A program made the translations under genes and the position numbers. Below are positions 56,826 to 64,000 of a DNA stretch of 64,000 bases, piece by piece. This DNA comes from Candidatus Latescibacterota bacterium. Lineage in GTDB: Bacteria; Latescibacterota; UBA2968; UBA8231. Within the stretch, counting starts at the first letter, position 1, and each line of letters begins with the position of its first letter. Where the stretch lies: positions 4,768,001-4,832,000 of the forward strand of contig OZ242005.1 in assembly GCA_965204725.1 (NCBI GenBank), in the 5' to 3' direction. The notes under the pieces are model-generated. The model did no database searches, had not been told where the DNA came from, and was given only the letters and a program-made list of their open reading frames with translations.

Positions 56826-58286
56826 ATGATTTACCCCCCCCCCCCCCGAAAATTCGGTCCTGAGTTTCGGCGTCGCCTGCCCCAGCTTCTGCTTGTGTTG
56901 GCCCTCATGCTGGCGGCCTTCGCCTACGGCGGCCTCGGCGTCCACTACCAGCTATTCCCCTTCCCGGTCATCGCCGATGGCATAAAGACCTTGCGGACTC
57001 TACACGAGGTACATACCAGAAAGGACCACAACAGCTTCATGCACTTCACCGATGTGCCGCCGGACAGCGTGGCCTCCAACCGCTTCGAGTTCGTGGCCGG
57101 CGATGCCCTCAGCGGCCCAGTGCTGTGGCAGGGCGGACGCTACCAGTTCCTCGACTATTGCCCCGACTGGGGATGCCTCGCAGTAGAGTTCACCGCCACC
57201 GGCCAAGTCGCCCATGCCTACCCGTTCCGCAACGATGAACTCGAACAGGCGGCAGCCGCTGCCCAATCCGATGAATTCCCCTACGAACTATCCCCCGCCG
57301 CCTCTTTCGTCGAGGTGTATGTGGCAGCCATGTCGCGCTACGCGAATGGCGACCTGCTGGTGATTTTTTACCAAGACGGGGCTTTCCCCCATGGTGCGGG
57401 CGTTGCTCGGATCGACCGCGATGGGCATCCGGTCTGGTTCCGGCGCGACTACAGCCACCACTGGCCACATATCGAAGAAAACGGCGTCGCGCTGGTGCCC
57501 GGCACGTTGGTTGGCAGCGAGAGTATATCCCTTAAGAGAGGGCGAGGTACTATCACGCGCAAGTGCCGCACGGGTCGGCCGTTGCTCGACGAGATTCGCA
57601 TGATCGACGGGAATGGCCAGATCCTAAAGCGCATCAGCCTGCTTGACGCTTTGCGCAATTCTCCATTCATGCACCTCCTGCCCACATTCGGGAACAAGGC
57701 TTTTTGTAACCTTCACCTCAACTTCGTTCACCGGCTTCGGGATGACGCCGGCGGGACATGGGGCCTCGCGCCGGGAGACTTCGTGGCGTCCCTACGCAAC
57801 CTGAACGCATTCGCTATTCTCGATGGCGAATCCGGCCGCGTCAAACGGCTGGTTCGGGGAACCTTCCTCAGTCAACACAGCGTCCATCACCTAACGGGAT
57901 CGACCTTCCTGATGTTCGACAATTACGGCGGCGATGGGGTTCACGGCCCCTCGCGGCTGCTCATGATCGACATCGCCGATGGCCGGGAGACGACCCTCTT
58001 TCCCAACGACCAGACGCCCGAACCCCTGCGAAACCTGTTCTCCAGCTACAAAGGCGCAATCGACATCTCACCCGATCGCAGTCGGGCGATGATCTTATTC
58101 ACCGTAGAGGGCGTGGCTGTCGAGGTACGCCTCGCCGATGGCGCGGTGCTGAACGCCTTCCACTCCCTACATAATGTATCGAACTTGGAGCAGTTCCCCG
58201 AGCAGTTCCCCGAAGAGTACCCCGAAGAACGGCAGCAAAGGGCCGCCGTATTCGAGATAAATGGACTTTACTACATCCGCAATTGA
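56826..58286 (+). CDS. Arylsulfotransferase (ASST)-like membrane-anchored protein
   Basis: N-terminal TM; SHHW, HLNFVH, SLRNLNAFAILD, SQHSVH, MFDNYG. Confidence 0.72.
   Translation: MIYPPPPRKFGPEFRRRLPQLLLVLALMLAAFAYGGLGVHYQLFPFPVIADGIKTLRTLHEVHTRKDHNSFMHFTDVPPDSVASNRFEFVAGDALSGPVLWQGGRYQFLDYCPDWGCLAVEFTATGQVAHAYPFRNDELEQAAAAAQSDEFPYELSPAASFVEVYVAAMSRYANGDLLVIFYQDGAFPHGAGVARIDRDGHPVWFRRDYSHHWPHIEENGVALVPGTLVGSESISLKRGRGTITRKCRTGRPLLDEIRMIDGNGQILKRISLLDALRNSPFMHLLPTFGNKAFCNLHLNFVHRLRDDAGGTWGLAPGDFVASLRNLNAFAILDGESGRVKRLVRGTFLSQHSVHHLTGSTFLMFDNYGGDGVHGPSRLLMIDIADGRETTLFPNDQTPEPLRNLFSSYKGAIDISPDRSRAMILFTVEGVAVEVRLADGAVLNAFHSLHNVSNLEQFPEQFPEEYPEERQQRAAVFEINGLYYIRN
56834..56847 (+). repeat. Poly-C tract (C14) at codons 3-8 of the ASST-like gene
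   Basis: ATGATTTA-C14-GAAAATTC. Confidence 0.9.
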
Positions 58287-58341
58287 GAAGAAGCGAGTCG
58301 TGGAAGGCGCGGCGTACCGAGAAAAAGAATCCGGTTGCAGA

Positions 58342-59523
58342 CTAAAAGACTTCGCCTTCGTATAGTCGGCGCAAAAACTCCTCCAGCGGCCACACGTCTA
58401 GGCCGTCGTAGTGATAGGCCCGTCCGCCGGTATAGACGCCGATCATGCGCTCCACCTCAATGCCTGCGGCCTTGTGCAAGGAGCGCATGGGACGCTCCCA
58501 ACTCCGGTTCCACTTTTCCGCTAACTTGACTTCCAAACAGACGACCCGCGGCGGCGCGGAAGCCGTGCGCTTGCGCGTTTCGATGACAAAGTCGATTTCC
58601 GCGCCAGCGGGGGTGCGGTAAAAGGCAATGGGGCGGTGTTTGTGGCACACGTGGTTATAGACGCGCAATTCGTGATAGACCAAGGTCTCTAAGGCCGTAC
58701 CCAGCCACAAGCGATCGGCCGGATCATAGGCGAGGCCGGCCGCGGCCCGGGCCACTCCGGCGTCGAACCAGTAGAACTTGGGACGCGCCTTTTCGCGCAC
58801 TTTGAGTTGAGGGCGGTAGGCGGGTAGGAAGTGGCCGAGCAAGGTATCTTGGAGAATGGAGAAATACCCATCGACGCTACTGCGCGGAATGGCGGCATCG
58901 CGGGCGACGTTTTGGCCGTTTACTACTTGGCCGTTGAGTAGCCCCGCGACTTCGAGAAAGCGGAGAAAGGGAGGCAATCGGCGCACCAAGCCCTCCTCGC
59001 TGATCTCTTCCTTGATATACGTGTGGACATACGCGTACAGCAGGTCGGCAGCGTACCGTGGATCCGCTTGCACGAGGGGCAAAAGGCCCCATTGCAGGGA
59101 AAACGCAGCGTTGAAGCTAGCCCCCAACTCCCGCTGGGAAAATGGGGCCATAAAGCGGGTCAGGGCGCGCCCACCGAGCAGGTTGACGCCGCCGCGCCGT
59201 AACGTGCGCGCCGATGAGCCGCAGAGGGCAAAACGCCAGCTTCGCGTTTCTAGTAGGCGATGCACCTCGTCTAAGAGGGCGGGTACTTTCTGGATTTCGT
59301 CGAGCACGATCCACGAATCCGCCGCCCGGTCGCCGACGAGTGCTTCTAGGTCATGGGGGTTATGAGATAGCTGCAAATAGAGGGCCGCGTTGAGCAGGTC
59401 AAAGAAGGCGGCATTGGGCAAGGCTTGGCGCAGCCAAGTGCTTTTGCCCACCCCACGCGGACCGAAAAGAAAAAAGGTGCGCTCGGGCAATTCGAGTAGG
59501 CGCTGTATTGAGGAATTCTGCAC
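58342..59523 (-). CDS. AAA_14 ATPase with DUF4143 and C-terminal PD-(D/E)XK-like domain
   Basis: GPRGVGKST, VLDEIQK, LCGSSAR, PKFYWFDAGV, EIDFV...LEVK. Confidence 0.88.
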   Translation of the reverse strand: MQNSSIQRLLELPERTFFLFGPRGVGKSTWLRQALPNAAFFDLLNAALYLQLSHNPHDLEALVGDRAADSWIVLDEIQKVPALLDEVHRLLETRSWRFALCGSSARTLRRGGVNLLGGRALTRFMAPFSQRELGASFNAAFSLQWGLLPLVQADPRYAADLLYAYVHTYIKEEISEEGLVRRLPPFLRFLEVAGLLNGQVVNGQNVARDAAIPRSSVDGYFSILQDTLLGHFLPAYRPQLKVREKARPKFYWFDAGVARAAAGLAYDPADRLWLGTALETLVYHELRVYNHVCHKHRPIAFYRTPAGAEIDFVIETRKRTASAPPRVVCLEVKLAEKWNRSWERPMRSLHKAAGIEVERMIGVYTGGRAYHYDGLDVWPLEEFLRRLYEGEVF

Positions 59524-59602
59524 AATGCAAATTTACGGAACAACCGTAAAAAAACAATGCAAACGTACAGGACAACGGTAAGAAAACAATGCAAACGTAC
59601 GG
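59522..59602. repeat. 32 bp tandem repeat (about 2.5 units) upstream of the DUF4143 ATPase
   Basis: ACAATGCAAATTTACGGAACAACCGTAAAAAA / ACAATGCAAACGTACAGGACAACGGTAAGAAA / ACAATGCAAACGTACGG. Confidence 0.85.
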
Positions 59603-59603
59603 C

Positions 59604-60164
59604 CTATTCAGCCCAGAGTCTCTCGAAAACCAATCGCCCATCAGCGGCTTCTTTCAGTGCGAATACGTCTGGATTCGATAAAGACTCCCATCCATCGTAG
59701 CCGAAATCAGGGTCCAGCGCGCTCAGGACCAGACTCAGGAGGTTCCCGTGGGTCACTGCGATTGGGAGCCGGTGCCCACCGTCAAGCAGCTCGGTTATCG
59801 CGGCCCAGCCGCGGTCTAACACTGCGCGGGCCGATTCGCCTCCCGGCATCCGCAACTCCAAGTCTCCGAATGAGTCGCGGATCACCTCGCGCCAGTTGTC
59901 AACCGGACGCCCCGAAAGCGTCCGCTCAACTAGGCGGTGATCCAAGTGAACGGGCAATCCCACTGTGGCAGCAAACGGCTCGACGCTTTGCTGTGCTCGC
60001 GTGTAGGTGCTGGAGACGATCCGGTCGATCGGGTAGCAAGACAAGAAACGGGCAAGTCTTTCCGCCTGATGTAAGCCAATCTCTGTTAGTGCGGCATCCG
60101 AGTCTTGTCCTGATGCCTGACAATGCCTAATCAGCATCAACTTGCTCGTTGCGTTAGCTCGCAA
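59604..60164 (-). CDS. Histidine phosphatase family protein
   Basis: LIRHC (RHG variant), LTEIG, SSTYTRAQQS, PGGES, VTHG. Confidence 0.85.
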   Translation of the reverse strand: MRANATSKLMLIRHCQASGQDSDAALTEIGLHQAERLARFLSCYPIDRIVSSTYTRAQQSVEPFAATVGLPVHLDHRLVERTLSGRPVDNWREVIRDSFGDLELRMPGGESARAVLDRGWAAITELLDGGHRLPIAVTHGNLLSLVLSALDPDFGYDGWESLSNPDVFALKEAADGRLVFERLWAE

Positions 60165-60990
60165 GCTGTGTCCACGCCGTTACATGGGGCAGTAAGGCCA
60201 CCGGGCGTTTGGCCGTCACCACTTCTTGCCGAACTCGCTCGGCTAGGGTATCTACATCGACTTCCGCGGCCGTGGCAATCCCGTACTCTTCTATGAGCGG
60301 GAGCAGGCTGCGAAGGCTGTTGGCAACGAATTGGTATCCCGCCCAACCCTCCGGCCCGCCGACCGGCGCCTCAAAGTGCATGTACGGCTCGGGCAGCCCC
60401 GCCTCGACAAATGCGCGGTACAGGTCGAACCCCATGGCACTGTGCGCTCCAGAACGCTCAAACACTTGGATCGCCCAATCAATCAGCTTGTTTGCCAGCG
60501 GCGTCTCTGAACGATACATCTGCCGGTAGATGGTGAAATCAGCTTCCTGAAAGGCCACGATCCCCCCCGGGCGCAGGCGCGTCGCTAGCTGTTTTAGGGC
60601 GTCGGCGGGATCGGCCATGTACATGAGGACCAGACGGCCGATCAGGGCGTCAAAGTCGTTGCCCAAGTCCAAGGTCCGGGCGTCCCCAGCGACGAATTCG
60701 ACGTTGGTACATCCCGCGCCCTGCGCCCGTGCCTGCGCCGTCTCGAGAATCGCCGGATTTACATCCACGCCCACGACGCTTCCCTCTGGACCGACCAACT
60801 CGGCGGCTGTCAGGGCCACATCCCCGGCGCCGCTGCCAACATCGAGCACCTTCATCCCGCTGCTAAGGCCCGCCTCCTTAAAAAAACGCCGCGTCACCGC
60901 GTCGTATAGTTGCGACTGCTGAATCAGACGCTCCTCTTCCCCCTCGGTGCGCCCCATCGTATATCTCGCATCGTTTCTCGACTCGTTCAT
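60154..60990 (-). CDS. Class I SAM-dependent methyltransferase
   Basis: EEERLIQQ, VLDVGSGAGDV, FDALIGRLVL, LRPGG; start could be 61041. Confidence 0.9.
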   Translation of the reverse strand: MNESRNDARYTMGRTEGEEERLIQQSQLYDAVTRRFFKEAGLSSGMKVLDVGSGAGDVALTAAELVGPEGSVVGVDVNPAILETAQARAQGAGCTNVEFVAGDARTLDLGNDFDALIGRLVLMYMADPADALKQLATRLRPGGIVAFQEADFTIYRQMYRSETPLANKLIDWAIQVFERSGAHSAMGFDLYRAFVEAGLPEPYMHFEAPVGGPEGWAGYQFVANSLRSLLPLIEEYGIATAAEVDVDTLAERVRQEVVTAKRPVALLPHVTAWTQLAS

Positions 60991-61147
60991 GGAACTCAAT
61001 CCTCCTTTTCGCTCGTTGTTTTGGTTCGACAATTCGTCCACAGAGCATCTAGTGCGCTGAGAGCAATTCGGTATTCAAGGTACTTTCAAGCAGAAAGTCA
61101 AACGCCACCCGCCCACTGGCCTCGCCATCCGACTTGTCCTTGGGTCC

Positions 61148-62716
61148 TCACATGCCCCAAAGGTCGATCTCCACTCCGCTGACTGACGCCCGCCGGTCGC
61201 GAAACACCTTGTCCTCCCAACGCCGCGCCGCCCGCCGGTCGAAGATCACCAGATGACCCGCCTCAGCCGCACATTGGTCCATGTATCCAGCGGTCTGCTC
61301 CAAGCCCTCGGCAATGGTCTGCTCTAGGCTTTTGTGCAGCACCTTGCACTCAACCACGACCTTGCGCGTTTGCTCGCCCTGCGGCCAGAGGATGAGCAGG
61401 TCGGTGCGCCGCCGCCCCAACCCGTACTCCCGCTCAATGCGACCACCGCTGTTGACGATGCGCTGCAAAAACGCCTGCAACAGCAACTGCGGGCCGGCCT
61501 CTTGGTATTGGAAGCGCGTCACCCAGTGCTCCGAATGCTCGCGGAAGAAGGTCTGGAACGCGGCCATGAGTTTGTCCACGTTTAGGTTGCCGTCCGGCTC
61601 GACGTACCAAGCGGTTTCCTGCGCCAGTTCCTCTTGGGCTACCCACGTCAGTTCGCGGGGGATGACCTCGGCGTAGATGGGGTTGGCGATGCGCAACGGG
61701 CGGTCTTGGGCGACGAGGCCGAGATCGCGCACGTACTCCAAATCGCGGTCCATGAAGCGGCGTTTGTCGCCGCCACTCAACAGCGGCTCGACCACGCGGC
61801 GGACGCGGTCTTCTTGGAGTTTGTCGGTCAACTGGTCGAGGTGGGTCTCGCGGCGCTGGATGAGTTGCTCGCGGGCTTGGCCAATGGCCGTGGCGGTGAT
61901 GGGTTCTCGCCGGTCAGCGGCTCCATCTCGGAAGCAGGTTTGGTCGGCTAAGGCGTTGACCAGCCACGGCTGCCCTTGGGTCTGCGTCCAGATCAGGGCC
62001 AATGCTTCCGCGGTGAACGCCTGCCCGGTTGCTGCGGTGTGCTGGGCGAGCAGGGCCTGCACTTGGTCGGGCGAGAAGTCGCCCAAGCGCAGGGAGCGCG
62101 CCTTGATGTTGAACGCGCTCCCGCCGGCGATGACGGCGTTGGCCGCCTTGGAATGGATGCGGTAGTCGCGCACGTCGCGCACTCCGCACAGGAGCACACT
62201 CTGCGGAAAGCCCTCGGGTCGGCGGTCGTAGCCGGCCCGTAGCTGCCGCAGCACCGCCAGCAGCGTGTCGCCGACGAGCGCGTCGATTTCGTCGATGAGC
62301 AAGACCAGCGGCTTGGAATCGGCCGCAGCCCAGCGGGCCAATGCCTCGCCCAAGGCCCCCGGACCATACTCGGCGAGAATGCCGGACCAGACCTTGGGCA
62401 GGAACTCGTCGCCCATGGCACGCGCTCGGGACGCAAACTCGCCGAGTATGACCTGCATGGCCGGCTCCACTGCTTCGCGCATGGCTTGGCCCCCCTCGAC
62501 ATTGACGTACACGCAACGGCAGGCTCCCTCGGCGTTGAGCAGGTCGCACAGGGCGAGTAGGGTCGAGGTCTTGCCCGTCTGCCGCGGGGCGTGCAGGACG
62601 AAGTACTTCTCGTCGCGGATGAGGGCGAGCACCTCGTTCAGGTCCAAGCGTTCCAGCGGCGGGATGGCGTAGTGGCGGGTGGGCTTGATGGGGCCGGCGG
62701 TGTTGAAGAAGCGCAT
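61148..62716 (-). CDS. AAA-like ATPase with C-terminal PD-(D/E)XK nuclease-like domain
   Basis: MRFFNTAGP, HAPRQTGKT, LLIDEID, TQGQPWLVN, REYGLGRRRTDL...VVECK. Confidence 0.87.
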   Translation of the reverse strand: MRFFNTAGPIKPTRHYAIPPLERLDLNEVLALIRDEKYFVLHAPRQTGKTSTLLALCDLLNAEGACRCVYVNVEGGQAMREAVEPAMQVILGEFASRARAMGDEFLPKVWSGILAEYGPGALGEALARWAAADSKPLVLLIDEIDALVGDTLLAVLRQLRAGYDRRPEGFPQSVLLCGVRDVRDYRIHSKAANAVIAGGSAFNIKARSLRLGDFSPDQVQALLAQHTAATGQAFTAEALALIWTQTQGQPWLVNALADQTCFRDGAADRREPITATAIGQAREQLIQRRETHLDQLTDKLQEDRVRRVVEPLLSGGDKRRFMDRDLEYVRDLGLVAQDRPLRIANPIYAEVIPRELTWVAQEELAQETAWYVEPDGNLNVDKLMAAFQTFFREHSEHWVTRFQYQEAGPQLLLQAFLQRIVNSGGRIEREYGLGRRRTDLLILWPQGEQTRKVVVECKVLHKSLEQTIAEGLEQTAGYMDQCAAEAGHLVIFDRRAARRWEDKVFRDRRASVSGVEIDLWGM

Positions 62717-62778
62717 TTCTCCTCGTTCTTCTGCGCGAGTGATTGGTGGCCGAGAGGATAGCCCGGCTCGAAAATCTA

Positions 62779-62816
62779 CAAAAACAGCCCAGACCACTCA
62801 AAGCGGGCTGGGCTGT
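62779..62816 (-). terminator. Putative terminator downstream of the collagen-like gene
   Basis: ACAGCCCAG/CTGGGCTGT stem followed by TTTTT on the minus strand. Confidence 0.65.
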
Positions 62817-62880
62817 CGGCGGGAGGGGCCACTGCTTTGCGGGTCACTTGCTGCATCGACCCGGTCGGCTCTGGGGACAG

Positions 62881-63297
62881 CTACTGGATGAACTTCACCT
62901 GATAGTTTTCACCAACCCAATTTTTGCTAGGATCATATATATAGGAGATAGTATCCACTGGTGCCTGGAACAGTAAATTCTTCATTAGCTCCGCCCCAGA
63001 TTACCGAGGAAAAATCAACCCAGTAGTAAACCCCATTGTTATTTTCAATTCCAAAAAAGAGGACGGTTGGTTCACTCCAAGAAGAACTGAGAGGAATCGA
63101 AGCATGAGAGGGATTCCCTTCCGTGTAATTCCTATTCAAAATCGTCCCTTCAATGACCTGCACTTCCAGAGCGGTCCCTTGTGGCCCTTGCGGTCCCTGT
63201 GGCCCTATGGGGCCCTGGGGCCCTTGGGTCCCTCGGGTCCCTCACAAGCGGCCAAGCTCACCAGCAAACTCAGAAAGATGAGTGCCTGTCTTTTCAT
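62881..63297 (-). pseudogene. Frameshifted collagen-like lipoprotein
   Basis: MKRQALIFLSLLVSLAAC lipobox, EGPEGPKGP/[shift]QGPIGPQGPQGPQG, globular part, then [shift]YDPSKNWVGENYQVKFIQ*. Confidence 0.72.
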
Positions 63298-63721
63298 CAG
63301 CGTTTTACTCCTCGTCGGAAGGTTGGATGGGTCACGGTTGCCGAGCACGACGTAACAAGCGGCACAAACAAGACGCCTCAAAACTATACTGTCAAGGGAA
63401 ATCCAGTGTCACCCCCGCTAGCCAACTATGGCCCCCGAGGAATACATCGCCTTGGTCGATGAATTGGGCGGCACCACGGGCGAGAGCCGCACCATGCTGC
63501 ACGATACCTAGGCCAGCGAGTTGATGGGACACAATGTCTTTCGCCGCGCTTGGTAAAACGCTCACTCCCTCATCAACGCCGGCCACGTTGCTCGATCTGC
63601 ACCCGCCCCAGCGACGATGGCCCCGTCCCTTTGTCCCCGCACGAAACTAGCCCCACAGCCAGCGACACCAACAACGCACAGTTAAACATGCCTTGCCTCT
63701 ATAGGGGCTAGAGCGGTCCTT

Positions 63722-64000
63722 TCAGCCTTCCAATACCGTCCCCTCGTCCTCCAACCGCGCCATCAGCTGAGCGAATTCAGGTGTGCCGTCGTCGTCCCAG
63801 TACTCGGTCTCAACCGGCGCGGCATAGCTGTGGGGTATCCCGCCCCGGGTCCAGTCGGGCCGGATTAGGAAATGGCGCGTCGTTAAGGGATCGTATCTAT
63901 GGTACATCCGCGTCCCATTGGCGAATTGCGATTTGACGATCCACGGCTCGATGGGCGGCAATTCCCGGTTCTCTAGCCGCTCCAACTCGTCGCGGTCCAG
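63722..64000 (-). CDS. C-terminal part of a protein starting beyond the window (function unknown)
   Basis: Open frame from the window edge to stop at 63722; codon usage like neighbours; no motif recognised. Confidence 0.5.
   Translation of the reverse strand: MDRDELERLENRELPPIEPWIVKSQFANGTRMYHRYDPLTTRHFLIRPDWTRGGIPHSYAAPVETEYWDDDGTPEFAQLMARLEDEGTVLEG

Noticed and set aside
58188-58229. 12 bp tandem repeat (EQFP EQFP EEYP EE) in the ASST-like gene
   Set aside because: Real but short and in frame; likely a neutral local duplication
59522-59602. Possible CRISPR mini-array
   Set aside because: Units are tandem near-copies with no unique spacers, and no cas genes are in the window
59604-60164. 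RHC instead of RHG suggesting a dead phosphatase
   Set aside because: Catalytic Arg-His, the second Arg and the distal His are retained; the third position varies in this family

Overview
GC-rich bacterial chromosomal window. Six PhyH-like dioxygenases, a DUF6785-type membrane protein, AAA/DUF4143 ATPases, TA modules and palindromic repeats suggest a marine, possibly sponge-associated, uncultured lineage (inference only). It holds two defence islands. The first (1-7174, minus) has a Type III R-M pair plus NDT/TIR-like, DUF1902, PIN, XRE-IrrE and AAA_21 genes. The second (22721-31533) is a Type I R-M locus with an embedded PtuA/PtuB-like ATPase-HNH pair and an HsdR ending in a LexA-like S24 domain, bracketed by two copies of a TIR-bounded mini-element. 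Other content: aspS, glcB, tRNA-Glu(CTC), a cold-shock gene, a sigma54 two-component circuit with a readable -24/-12 promoter and enhancer, transporters and catabolic genes. The most striking unannotated feature is at 20321-20668: two tandem, complete ribosome-dependent attenuators (Asn-rich leader peptide, antiterminator and terminator each) upstream of a probably non-discriminating aspartyl-tRNA synthetase. Also seen are two families of REP-containing MITE-like elements with TNA target duplications, a C14 tract at a gene start, HxG (halogenase-like) PhyH paralogues, and a doubly frameshifted collagen-like lipoprotein. All family assignments come from motif recognition by eye; no database searches were run.
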